Assembly: GCA_025558095.1 (NCBI GenBank)
Contig: JAIVFI010000010.1
Coordinates: forward strand, 744,001-808,000
Origin: Hyaloraphidium curvatum SAG 235-1
Taxonomy: Eukaryota > Fungi > Monoblepharomycota
Length of the DNA stretch: 64,000 bases
Direction: 5' to 3'
Below, piece after piece: positions 1-10,600 of this stretch; the stretch's first letter is position 1, and each line of letters opens with the position of its first letter. The notes beneath the pieces are model-generated. The model was not told where the DNA came from and made no database searches. It worked only from the letters and a program-made list of their open reading frames with translations. The position numbers and the translations under genes were made by a program.

Positions 1-504
1 CTAACGGCCCTCTGGCGGCATCGCTTCTCACTGGTGCAGTCGGGTTGGCCCATGATCCTCTTTGTCGCCCTGCCCTGGACTCTCTACGGCATCGCCAGCG
101 TCGCCGTCGGCAACTGCCTCCCCGCCTTCGTGCTCATTGGCCTGAGCCTCATCGCCGTCAATGTCGTCGCGGACCTCGTCAACTTCGCCTCGGGAAACGC
201 GCAGATCGGCTCCGTCCTGGAGCTGTACCGCGCCGCCTCCTTCGAGATCCGCCGGCTCGTCGCCCGCGCGCGGGAACCAGGCTCCCTTGCCTCCGACCGC
301 GCCGTTTTGCGCGCCGAGGCCGCGGACAGGCTGCTCGAGTCGTGCCTGGCCGCGGAAAGGTTCGAGGCCAAACTGTTCGGCGCCGCGGTCGATACCGCCG
401 GGGTGAGGAGGTTCGCGGCGGGGCTGGTGACCGTCGCGCTGGGGTTCTACTCCGTGCTCAGGGGGAGCGGGGTGGTGCTGACCATGGACAACTACTGCCG
501 GTGA
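1..504 (+). CDS. 3' part (TM5-TM7) of a 7TM GRL/7TMIC-like family member, truncated by the window edge
   Basis: Frame 1 is open from base 1 (LTALWRHRFSL...). It aligns with the C-terminal half of 28047-29636: GNCLP/GSCIP, NAQ, 'AKLFGAAVD...LVTVALGFYSVLRGSG' and a terminal Cys. Confidence 0.8.
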   Translation, partial: LTALWRHRFSLVQSGWPMILFVALPWTLYGIASVAVGNCLPAFVLIGLSLIAVNVVADLVNFASGNAQIGSVLELYRAASFEIRRLVARAREPGSLASDRAVLRAEAADRLLESCLAAERFEAKLFGAAVDTAGVRRFAAGLVTVALGFYSVLRGSGVVLTMDNYCR

Positions 505-763
505 ATGTAAACGGGAGCGTCCCATTTTTCGGCACCCTGGTCTCCTCGAGGAGGGTGATGGACAGCAGCAGCAGAATGCATCCTGCGAGTTGCGCCCTCC
601 ACCGCTTCGTGTTGGCCCCTGGACTCATCCTGTACCCAGCCGCTGGCTCCATACACCTCACCGGGAGGGCGCGGCCGCCATGGTCCCGTCCTGAAGCAAT
701 CCCGATCCCGAAATTGATCCACCTGCAACTTCCCGCATCCGGCACCTACCGCCGCTACGCGCT

Positions 764-835
764 GCTGCGGGTAGTGGGGCCGTAGGCGAGGGACGAGCCG
801 TAGGACCATCCCTCTCTACCCGCACTACCCGCAGC
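764..835. other. Intergenic inverted repeat / hairpin
   Basis: Perfect 13-bp arms GCTGCGGGTAGTG (764-776) and CACTACCCGCAGC (823-835), with an inner GAGGGA/TCCCTC pair. Confidence 0.5.
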
Positions 836-1129
836 TGCTGCCGCACTCGCTCGCCCGTGGCTATACGACACACTTCCCAGCACGGCTGCTGCTGCCCGTC
901 GGTTACGAGACTCAGCTGTCCCCAAACTCTCCCGCACCAGCAAAGATCGCCTAGCTACAGCTCCGCCCCCCCAGAGTCGAAAGCATTAGACTTTCCGTTC
1001 CGTCGCATGGAGCGAAAACATCGTTTGAGCCGAAAGTGTGGTTAATTGACGGCGGAAGAGGCGAGCACGGACTGGCTGCACACGCACGCTTCCATCGAGG
1101 ACTTCGACGAAGCTAGGAACAGGCCGAAC

Positions 1130-2260
1130 ATGACACGGTCGGGCTTGCCCCGGCGGAGTGGCTCGTGCTTTTCCCCGCCCCGCCGGCTGAGCCCCGGAGT
1201 GCCACGTGGATCCTTGCGCCCGACGAGCGGCTGGCGGATCCCGCCGCGGCGGCGCGGGCCGCGTCGCCGCTGACGCGCGCGGCGCTGCTCGCCGGGCTGT
1301 GCGGGCGGCCGCTCCTGCGCGGCATTGTGTTGCTGCAGTTCGCGGCCGCGCCGCTGGGCGCCCACTCGCGGGCCCGCGCCGCCGCGTTCGCCGCGGGCTC
1401 GGCCGCGCTCGTCGGCCCCGTGTGGGCGCTGAACGACGGGCGCTTCGCGCGGCGGCAGCTCGTCGGGGGCTCCGCCGCCGTCGCCGCGTTCCTCGCCATC
1501 CTGGTCGGCACCGTGGCCGCCACCGGCAGCTGGCGGGGCCGCTTCGCAACGGCCGCGCCCGGGCAGCCGCCGGCAGACGTGAGCTCGCACGCGCTGGCGT
1601 CGCTGGTGCGGTGGAGGCAGCTGGTGGATATGGCCCCCGATCGCGCCGCGAAGCCCGAGTCGCAGGGGGAGGCGGGCGTCGGATCCGGGGTGCCGCACAG
1701 GAGCGTGCTGCTCGACCACGAGCCCAACGACCCCTTCTGCCCGTGCCCGGCTGACGGGTGTGCGGGCCGTCTGGTTGCTTCCGTCGGTTACGTCAAGCTC
1801 CTGGACGGGACCCTGAGGATGTTGGCGGCCGCGATCGGGACCTTTTACGTGCAGCAGTGGACGGCTTTCGTCACCTTCGGACCGGCCTTCTGGACCACGT
1901 GGTGGTGCGTCGTCCTGGGGCTGCTAGTGAAGTGGGTCCCCGGCTCCCGATTGCTCGCCCGCTTCCCGCTCAGCATACCGTTTCCCCGCAGTCGCCGGAA
2001 GCTGGTGGTGGTTCTTCCCCAACACGTGGTCCCGCTTCACGACGCAGCTCCCCCTGCTCCGGCTCGACCTCCGCCTCCAGCACCGGGCCATGTCCCGCGC
2101 CCTCCGTTGCCTGCTGCGGCGGTACCGCGCCGGCCTGATGGGAGCCGCCGCCGGGCCCCCGCCGGCCGCGGCGCAGGACGAGCTGTACGTTCAGCTCCAC
2201 GCGCTCCTAACCGCGGCGTGGCAAAGCCGCATGTCCTCGCTCTATACATACGCCCGACGT
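1130..2260 (+). pseudogene. Disrupted, 3'-truncated copy of the 7TM GRL/7TMIC-like family
   Basis: AEWLVLFP, GRFARRQL, RWRQL, DHEPNDPFCPCPADGC, TFGPAFWTTWW, then in another frame LRLQHRAM...LLRRYRAGL...ELYVQLHALLTAAW, all matching 28047-29636. There is no in-frame ATG (TAG at 1114), a frame change near 1930-1995 that I could not repair with a GT-AG intron, and TM5-7 are missing. Confidence 0.7.
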
Positions 2261-2301
2261 CATTCGATGGAGGGGCATTCCGAGTTCATCACCGCTGCTC
2301 A

Positions 2302-3252
2302 TTAGCCCGCCGCCTCGCCCTGCTCCGTCACAACCACCTCCCCGTCCGGCCGCACCAGGACAAAGAACGCGCTCTGGACGTACCCCGGCCCCTCCGCCAA
2401 CCCCTTCAACGCCTCCCCCCGCGCCCCCTTCACCCGTTCCCACACGTCCGCCGCCGAGTGGAGGTACCGCGCGCAACCCCCGCACCGCGCCAGGGTTTCG
2501 AAGACCAGCGCGCCCTCTGCGGACGGCCGCCGCTCGCGGGGGGGTTCGGGGTCCGCGGGTTCCAGGAGGTCGTGCATGGACGCCAGCGCGGCGCGGCCGG
2601 GGGCCAGCATGCGCGCGGCGGGGAGCACGATTTTGGATAGGTAGGTGCGGATGCAGGGCTCGTCGTGGCACGTGTCGACGTGGAGGTAGTCCGGCGGCTG
2701 GACGAGGGCGGCCGGTGCGGTCGAGGCGAGGTCGCCGAGGTGCAGGCGGAAGCGGGCGAGGTATCTCGAGCGCAGGTCGGGGGGCAGGCAGGGGTGGAGG
2801 AACGCTGTGGTGTTGAACACGTCCAGGCCGACGACCTCGGCGCCGTCCAGGGCGCCGGCGGCGTCCAGCGCGGCGAGGATGTACAGCGTCGAATGGCCCA
2901 GCGCGGGCGACACCTCGAGCACGCGTCTGGGGCGGTGCGCGCGCACGCGGAGGTACAGCAGCTCCGACTCTGCGGCGCCGGTGAGGCACGGCGCGAGGTG
3001 CGGCAGGCCGGATTGCTTGAGCAGCGGCGCCAGGCACGCGCAGTACTCGGACGAGAGGGCGCGCACGCGGCGGAGGTCGGCGGCGTGGCGGCGATAGGCG
3101 GCGGTGTACGCGGCGGCGGGATCGGCCCACTCCGCGTCGGGGGATGCCCAAACGGGGTCGCGGTCCGCCGGGCCGGGCGCCGACCGCCATAGCAGCGCAC
3201 CCATTACGAGCAGCGCCGCCACAGCCGCCGCGTAGCCGTGCAGGAGCGACAT
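2302..3252 (-). CDS. Class I SAM-dependent methyltransferase (Methyltransf_24-like) with N-terminal signal anchor
   Basis: Intronless ORF with VLEVSPALGHST, VVGLD, DYLHVDTCH and SMHD motifs, plus a hydrophobic N-terminus (YAAAVAALLVMGALLW). Confidence 0.75.
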   Translation of the reverse strand: MSLLHGYAAAVAALLVMGALLWRSAPGPADRDPVWASPDAEWADPAAAYTAAYRRHAADLRRVRALSSEYCACLAPLLKQSGLPHLAPCLTGAAESELLYLRVRAHRPRRVLEVSPALGHSTLYILAALDAAGALDGAEVVGLDVFNTTAFLHPCLPPDLRSRYLARFRLHLGDLASTAPAALVQPPDYLHVDTCHDEPCIRTYLSKIVLPAARMLAPGRAALASMHDLLEPADPEPPRERRPSAEGALVFETLARCGGCARYLHSAADVWERVKGARGEALKGLAEGPGYVQSAFFVLVRPDGEVVVTEQGEAAG

Positions 3253-3663
3253 CGCGAGGGGCGTGTGGGCCGGGAGGAACACTTAAATGGGGTCTGCGAG
3301 GAGGAGACTCGCAGGAACAACGGGACAGGGACGGGACCTCGAATGTCTCGAACGCATCCCGGCACCCCACGATACGGAGTGCTCTTCCCGGTCGTGGCGA
3401 GCCGTCGCCGGCCCCCGATCGCACGGATGCCTCGCCCGGCATAGCGACGCCCGCGGCTCCGCACAGAGATCGCGATAGGAGCCCGCGTCGCGAGAGCATC
3501 CTACGAGCGGGAGCCGGCCGAGATCAAGCCAGAGAGCGCTTTCAGAAGCCGCGTGAAACGCCGGCAGAGCGCTCCATTAGTGTATACTGAGGAGCCCGAC
3601 CGAAGCCGTCCCTCATTTACCAGCCCGGCCCACCGAGTTATTGGCCCGCCGTCCGCCGCCGCA

Positions 3664-5790
3664 ATGCGGGTGTGGATCGCCCTCGCGGCGCTGCTCGTGG
3701 GGATCGTTTCGTACCTCACGCCGCCGCCGCCGGCGCAATGCCCGGCGTACGCGTGCGTGGCGTGCCCCGCGCCGACGCCGTGCCCGCCGGCGGCCTGCCC
3801 GCCGGCCAGCTGCCCGCCGCCCCCTCCCCCTCCGCCGCCGGCGGCGCCCGCACGGCGCGTGGTTTTCGTTTCGGGCGAGCCGGGGCCCGCGTCGGCCGCC
3901 GGCAACGCCCACCGCGTGGTGCGCGCAGCCGCCGCCGTGAAGCTGGCCGGTTGGGAGGCGGCCGCCGTCCCCATAACGGACCTCGAATCCGAAAAAGCCC
4001 GCGGGAACGCATTCGCCGGCGCCGCAGTGGTCGTCGTGTGGCGCGCGCCGTGGGGCCCGCTGCTCGAATCGGTCTACGGCGCCGCCAGGGCCGCGGGGGC
4101 AAAGGTCGCCTACGACCTGGACGACATGATGCTCGACCCGGCCCTGGCCGACCCGAAGTTCATCGACGCCGTGCGGTTCCACGACGCCGCCGGCATCAGG
4201 GATCTCTACTCGAGGGTCAGGGACGCGGCGCTGCGCGCGGATTTCTGCCTCGCCCCGACCCGCCCTCTGGCCGAGGCGTTCGCCGTGCACGCCAAGCCGG
4301 CCTACCTGGTCCCCAACGGCTACACCGCAAAAGGCCTCGCGCTCGCGGAGCGCCTTCATGCCCGCGGGTGCGGCTCCCGCGACGGCCGGCGCCGGATCGG
4401 CTACGCCAGCGGCACCCTGACGCACCAGGCCGACCTGCGCGAGGCGCTCCCCGCGCTCGTACGCCTGATGGGGGAGCGGGATGATCTGCGGCTCGTGTTC
4501 TTCAGGGGCGGGATCGACCTCGCCGAGTTCCCGGACCTGGAGCCGTACCGCGAGAGGATCGAGCTCCGCGACCCCGTGCCCGTGGGCCGCACCATCGAAG
4601 AGGTCTGCCGGTTCGACGTCAACATCGTGCCGCTGCAGATCAACCCCTTCACGGACGCCAAATCGGAGCTCAAGTTCCACGAGGCCGCGCTGCTCCGCAT
4701 CCCCACGGCGGCCAGCCCCACCGCGCCCCATCAGGAGTCGATCGAACACGGCGTGAACGGCGTGCTCTGTGCCAACGCAACGGCATGGTACGCCAGGCTG
4801 TCGGGGCTGCTGGACGACCGGGAGCTGGCGGCGGAGCTGGGCCAGAGGGCGTACGAGTCCGCGCTGTGGCGCTTCTCCCCCGAGCGCCGCGGCAGACTGT
4901 ATGCCCTCGCGTTCAAACACGCGCTGGCCGAGGAGCACGAGGCGGCGATGGTCTGGCCGGCCTACGCGGCCGAGATCGGCACGGGGCCGGGATATTTCCA
5001 CGAGCTGCCCGAAGACTACCACGCCGTCTTCGACAGCGAGGATGGCAAGCCGCCGCCGGACGGGACCGCCGAGGTGGCGGTGATCCTGGCGAGCTACAAC
5101 CAGGCCGGCTTCCTCAACGAATCCCTCGCCTCGATCCTGGCCCAGCGCGACCTCGCTTCGATCGAGGTGATCGCCGTGGACGACCTCTCCCCCGACGCCT
5201 CGGCGGGCATCATCGCGGCCTGGATGCGCCTCCACGCCCCGCGCTTCCGCCGCGCCATCCTCCTGCGCCCCAAGCGCAACGCCGGCCTCGCCGCCTCCCG
5301 CAACGCCGCGCTCACCATGGCCCGCGCCCCGTTCGCCATGATCCTCGACGCCGACAACCACCTCCTCCCGGACTGCATCCACCGCCTCCTCGCCGCCCTG
5401 AAGCCGACCGACGCCGCGTTCGCCTTCCCCGTCCTCCAGCAGTTCGGCGACGCCAAGAACAGGATGGGCGCGCTCCTTTTCTCCCCCGCCGTCCTCGCCG
5501 GCGGGAACCAGATCGACGCCATGGTGCTCCTCCGCCGCTCCGCGTGGGCCGCAGCGGGGGGGTACCGCCAGTTCCACGGGTGGGAGGACTACCGCATGTG
5601 GCTCGCCATGTCCGAAAAGGGGATGTACGGGATCCGGTTGGGGGGCGAGCCGGCGGCGGGGTACAGGGTGAGGCTGAGGGGGAGCATGAGCGCGGAGGAC
5701 AGCAGTCCGAACAGGAGGGGGATGAACGGGGTGCTGAGGCAGGAGAGGAGGTGGTTGTACATGGGGAAGTTTTTGAGGGGGGGGCAGTAG
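3664..5790 (+). CDS. Bifunctional glycosyltransferase (GT4-like GT-B plus GT2 GT-A) with signal anchor and Pro/Cys stem
   Basis: GT-B part: YDLDD, IGYASGT, KSELKFHEAA, IEHGVNG. GT2 part: VILASYN, VDDLSPD, NAGLAASRN, LDADN, WED. Intronless. Confidence 0.85.
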   Translation: MRVWIALAALLVGIVSYLTPPPPAQCPAYACVACPAPTPCPPAACPPASCPPPPPPPPPAAPARRVVFVSGEPGPASAAGNAHRVVRAAAAVKLAGWEAAAVPITDLESEKARGNAFAGAAVVVVWRAPWGPLLESVYGAARAAGAKVAYDLDDMMLDPALADPKFIDAVRFHDAAGIRDLYSRVRDAALRADFCLAPTRPLAEAFAVHAKPAYLVPNGYTAKGLALAERLHARGCGSRDGRRRIGYASGTLTHQADLREALPALVRLMGERDDLRLVFFRGGIDLAEFPDLEPYRERIELRDPVPVGRTIEEVCRFDVNIVPLQINPFTDAKSELKFHEAALLRIPTAASPTAPHQESIEHGVNGVLCANATAWYARLSGLLDDRELAAELGQRAYESALWRFSPERRGRLYALAFKHALAEEHEAAMVWPAYAAEIGTGPGYFHELPEDYHAVFDSEDGKPPPDGTAEVAVILASYNQAGFLNESLASILAQRDLASIEVIAVDDLSPDASAGIIAAWMRLHAPRFRRAILLRPKRNAGLAASRNAALTMARAPFAMILDADNHLLPDCIHRLLAALKPTDAAFAFPVLQQFGDAKNRMGALLFSPAVLAGGNQIDAMVLLRRSAWAAAGGYRQFHGWEDYRMWLAMSEKGMYGIRLGGEPAAGYRVRLRGSMSAEDSSPNRRGMNGVLRQERRWLYMGKFLRGGQ

Positions 5791-6015
5791 GGGCGGACTT
5801 GGCTGGGGGGTGGTGTGAGAGGCGTCCCGACCGGCGCGGCTGTATCCGGACGTATCGACGGAATCCGGGCCATCCGATGTCAGAGGTGCTATCCACGGAA
5901 TCCGGGCTAGGATCCGTATTCGCCAAATCTGGTCGTCCAACGTGTGGAGGCGGCGGGTCCCGCCATGGTTCCGCCGAAGTCTCCATCGCTGCACGTACCC
6001 GGCGACCGAATCGCC

Positions 6016-6260
6016 ATGGCGTCTGCACCGTCGGACGCGCCCTTCACGCGGGAGGAATGGTTCGCGATTTTGCCCGAGGCCACCGCGGATCCGCCGGACC
6101 TGTTTCCTTCTGTCGACGACAGGCGACGGGCCAGGAGAGGGCGCGAAGGAACCCCCGCCCGCGACGGTTCCGATCGACGAGGCGGTGGCCGCGACGGCGC
6201 ACTTTTCGCCGCTGCTGGCGTCCATGGCGCGCGGCTTGGCCTGGTTGGAGAAGCCGTCCG
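6016..6260 (+). pseudogene. N-terminal fragment of the 7TM GRL/7TMIC-like family
   Basis: MASAPSDAPFTREEWFAILP matches APPFTLSEAEWLALLP of the intact copy. After a frameshift near 6120, AHFSPLLASMARGLAWL matches the pre-TM1 segment. No downstream TM segments follow. Confidence 0.5.
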
Positions 6261-6532
6261 ACTTGGCAGAGGGCACACGCAAGGTGCCGAACAACGTGCA
6301 TTCGAACGGCGAGACCCCGTTCGGATTTGTCATTGCCTGCCCCGACGATGCCCCGCAGCAGCCGGTAAAAGTCGCTGCCGGCTGCCGGTGTGTTTGGGAT
6401 GCATTCGCAAGGTCGTTCCGCGGTTGTTCCGCGGGTCCTTCCGCGGTCCCCCCGGGTTCAAAACTCCGGGGCCCGCATGCTCGCAACGGGACAAGCGGCA
6501 AATAATCGCAGAGAACATCATCGGGCGCAAAG

Positions 6533-7224
6533 ATGAACATCAACGTCGGCGACGTTATCCCTTTCGAAGCTGTCGAGACCGTCAACGGGAAGACCGTCAG
6601 CCTCCGCGGCGGCGAGGGGCTCGTGCACTTCTACCTCGGCCGGTTCAGCGGCTGCCCCGCATGGTGAGCCCACGCCTCTCCGCGGCGTGTGCCCGCTGAC
6701 CGGGCTCAACGCAGCAACTTCCTCTACAAGCAGTACTACAACCAGCGCGCCGACTTTGAAGCGGCCGGCGTGACCAACGTCTTCGTCATCCACTCTGAAG
6801 CCAAGACCATCCTTGCCGTACGTGTGCCCTCCCTTCGCTGTCGTGCGCCTGCTCACCCCCGCGCCAGAACCAGGGCGACAAGTTTGGCTGGGCGAAGGAA
6901 GTCAACTTCGTGGCCGACCCGTCGCGCAAGCTGTACCGCAAGCTCGGCGCCGAGATGACGCTCTCGGCGCTTGCCACGACGTACATGGCCACGGTCGTGC
7001 GCAACGCGTTCGGGCAGTTCAGGGTGGAAGACGAGGGGGTCGGCGAGGGGCGCACGCAGCGCCCCTTGGAGCTGCTGATCGACGCAGCGACGGGCAAGGT
7101 GCTGGCAAAGTACTACGGGGCGAAGCTGAACGATGCCTGGGTGCCGAAGCGGTTGATCGAGATCGTGGAGGAGTACAGGGCAAAAGGGAGCGTGCAGAAC
7201 GGGGACGGCGAGGCGTTCCGGTAG
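6533..7224 (+). CDS. Peroxiredoxin-like AhpC/TSA (PRXL2-type) thioredoxin-fold protein, 2 introns
   Basis: Introns 6664-6714 and 6818-6867 join RFSGCPAC (CxxC), VIHS and FVADPSRKLYRKLG. Confidence 0.8.
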
Positions 7225-7226
7225 CG

Positions 7227-7640
7227 GATCAGCACAAGCTTCCATAGATTGTTATCATGATGTTCGCCAGCCGACCTCCGAGGCCCTGTCCGAGCTGGCA
7301 GTGCGTCCGGAGCCGCTTCCTCAGCGCGAGGGCCTCCCGCAGCCCCTACTTCCCACCGAAAAACTCCGAGCTCAGGTGGTCCAGCAGACGGGAACGTCGT
7401 TCCCGGGCTTCAGCTTCCCGTCCATGATCGCCAGGCATGCCGCCTTGTGTGCGTGGTTGCCTTCTTCTGGCACTCCTTCCCCACCTCTGGAAGACCGGCA
7501 CCGGGAGCACCGCGAGAGGCCGGGATTGGGACAGATGGACATGCCGCACGGCACCCGCACCGCGTCTCTGACGCTCAGCGACATCCTCGATCGAAGGAGA
7601 TCGAAGGCCGAAGTGTGTAATGAGGAGCTAGCAATCCCAC
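7227..7640 (-). pseudogene. Decayed MYND zinc-finger gene fragment
   Basis: CGMSICPNPGLSRCSRCR, then GKECQKKA in a shifted frame, then HKAAC. The DNA GGGAAGGAGTGCCAGA is shared with the intact MYND gene at ~26625. It carries frameshifts and an internal TAG. Confidence 0.6.
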
Positions 7641-7659
7641 CGTACACTTAGAAATCCCC

Positions 7660-10600
7660 CTACGCCCCAAGAATCAGCTCCTCATCTACATTCAAACCAA
7701 AAGCGACCGGCGCGGGGGCCGGAGCGTTGACAGCGGCGGCTTCGGTGCACAGCTGAAGCCAGTGTTGGAGTTGGGCCGCGACGCCAAGAGCCCAGGCCAC
7801 CGCGATCCGTTCGCGGAAGCGCCGCACAAAACGAGAGTAAAGGCCATCGAGGTCCACGGGCTGCCCATCGCGGCCGACGATCCCGGGATACTGGATGCGC
7901 CCCATCTCCGAGGAGAAGCGCGAGAAAGTGGCAGAGACAGCGCTGTACGAATCAAAAGCAAGCACGATCAGAGGGTAGAAGTTGGCGTTGAAGACGAAAC
8001 GGGAGTAGTCCTTCCTGGCGGCCTCGACCCGCCGTTCGACTGCGTGGCCCGGGACCGAGAAGACCAGGCCCGTGTGCAAATGGGCCATAGAGGTGAGGGT
8101 CTTGATCTCGAGCAACCACCGTTTCCGGGTTTCGCGGTGCGTGATGAGAATGTCGCCAAGGCGGCCAGCATCCGCAGGCGTGGGCGGGGTGACAGTCTCG
8201 TAGCCATGCGCAAGGAGGTTTGGCGGCATGGGGTGCACGCGGAGGAGCGGGATGGAGCGAAGCGCCGCGCGGATGGCCGCGCAAATGTCGTCGTGACCAG
8301 GACTGAAGAGATCCCGGCCATAGCAGCCCGAGAACGCGTGCTCCCCCGTCAGCGACATGGCCGATCGCTTGCAGCCCCGCCGGCAGGGCAAGGAAAGACC
8401 AGGGTAGTCGGCCTCGTGCAGGAGCGGGAGGCAAAGCCGGAAGCGTACAAGTAAGCGGAAAAAGTTGTTGCGAATGTGGTTGGCAAGCAGCGCGGGAGAG
8501 GCAGTCAGGAAAGCCGACAGGCCGTCCTGCGCCTGGACGAGCCGCTTGCGGCGCTCCAGACCAGCGGAAGTGTCGGGTTGCAAGGCAATCAGAGCCGCGA
8601 GGCGGCGCTGGTCCTCGAGACGCGTAAGGTCGCTCTGCAGGCCGTGCCAGACCGGCTGAGCGAAGAAACTGGCGTCCGCAGGGAGCGTACGGCGGGCGGG
8701 CGCGGCGCCCACCGGTTGCCCAGCACGCGCAGCCTCGGCGTACGCTGCGGCCGTGTCATCCTCGACACGCTCAAAGGCGGGGCGGAGGGCCTCGATGACG
8801 GGAACCAGTTCCCGCACGTGCTCCACGCCCACACCCCGGGCCGAGGTTCGAAGACCAAGCATGGCGTCCAAGGGGCCCGCCGTGAGGTTGAGTGAAGACA
8901 GGTAAGCCGCCGAGGCCACCTTCTCCGATGACAGAAGCCCCATCCCCGAGTAGTGCAGACCCAAGAATACCTGCTCCCGCACAGTCCGACCCTCCACCGA
9001 CAGCGGATCCAGATCCTCGGCCCGATCTCCCAGCAAGCGCAAGAAGGTGGTGAAAAGCGCGTTGTCAAGACGTCGAGCAAAGGGTTGGGTAACCGAGGGG
9101 GGGAGAATGCGGAGCCAAAACGAGAAGAGCTGGGTCACACAGAGACGGAGGAGGGAGTACAGGCCCTGGAGGGAGGGGATGTCGGCCGGCATGGCGTAGC
9201 CGAGCGCGGCGCGCTCGATTTCATCGAGAAGAGCGGCAATGGAGTCGATCTTGGCCGCGAGGAACGACTCCACATAGGCAGGGGTGCCGACCGGGGCACC
9301 TACCACCTTGAGGCCGCACGAGCGAGCGAAGTCAGGCGAGCCCGGGGCCGACGCCGTGGCATGCACCTCGGGGTCGGCCTCGTGAGGCGGGAAGCCAGCG
9401 ACGCGGATGTTGTGGGCCGCACCGGCCGCGCGCACCCGCTCCAGCACGGCCGGGTTCGTCGAGAGCGAAAGCAGGTAGCTCTTGTCCGGGCGGTGGGTCA
9501 TGCCGAGGGAAGAAAGGCCGTCACGCACCTCTCCCAGGACGGCCATGACCGAGTCCAGCGGCCCGACCACGGTGAGGTCGTCGAGGTACCCAAGGATGAG
9601 GCAGTCGGGGTGCCCAGAGCGGATGGGCCGCAGCATGCGGCTCATGGCGCAGGAGAAGATGGCAGACGACAGCGGGTCGCCCTGGATGTTGCCCTCGTAC
9701 ATGGTGATCCGGAAAAGGAGCTCCGCCGAGCGCCGGTCGCGGAAGTAGGCGTGGGAAGGGCGCGAGTAAACGAGGTTGTAGTACGGGATAAGCTGAGGCA
9801 CCTGGCGGACCACCTCGCGCGCGAAGAGGCGGCGCAGCGTATTGAAGGCGTTCCTAGAGTCGACCTTCATGACGACGTGGTCGGGGAAGGCCGCCAGCCA
9901 CGCGTTCACCGCGTGGGCGGTCGCCTCCGCGCCCCCGTCCACCCCGTGACCCAGGTCCTCCTGCTGTTGGAGCTTCCTCAGAAGAGCCTTGTGCCGCACG
10001 GCCAGGTACGAGCCCGCGAGCCGCGTGATGCCCTCCATAATGCCAATCGGCCGGAGCCCCCCCTCCGGCTTGAGCAGAGGGACGAGGATTTGATCCGTGA
10101 GGAGCGGCCGGAGCATGGGGGTGTCGAGTCGGCCAGTGCACACGCCATGCACCATGGCCGCCAGCGGGCGGAGCTTCCGCCGCGTCGCGTCGTTCTCGCA
10201 GTTGTGCACGATGAAAAGTTTGGCCATGCTGAAACCCGACATGCCGGCCCCCACGCCGTCCTTCTTCCGGCGCAACCGGGCCCAGATGTCCTCCAGGAAA
10301 GCCGCGTCCGTGTAGGCAGGGCAGGGCGCGGGCGCGTTGGGGGGCAGAGACAGCCGACACAGCGGCTCTCCCTCCCGCGGCCCCGGGTACAGCTCCTCCA
10401 GTTCCGCCTGAAGCGTGGGCGTGAAGCCAGCCGGAACGGCCTCCCCCGAGAGGGCCGCGGACGCAGCACCAGGAGCGCCCTTCAAGGCGGCAAGCACGAT
10501 GGACTTGAAGAGCTGGTAGTTGAGCGGCCGCAGCCCGTCCCGCCGCGCGCCCCGGTTGACCTGACGGGCGGCGAAGTAGTTCTGCTCGTACATGTAGTCC

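Noticed and set aside
3613-6585. 990-aa minus-strand ORF and other long Arg/Gly/Pro-rich ORFs (e.g. 8953-11082, 4785-6368, 31293-32630)
   Set aside because: These are antisense or alternate-frame shadows of real genes in high-GC DNA and carry no domain motifs.
6533-7224. AhpC-like gene as a selenoprotein
   Set aside because: The spliced active site reads TGC-CCC-GCA-TGC (CPAC), with no TGA.
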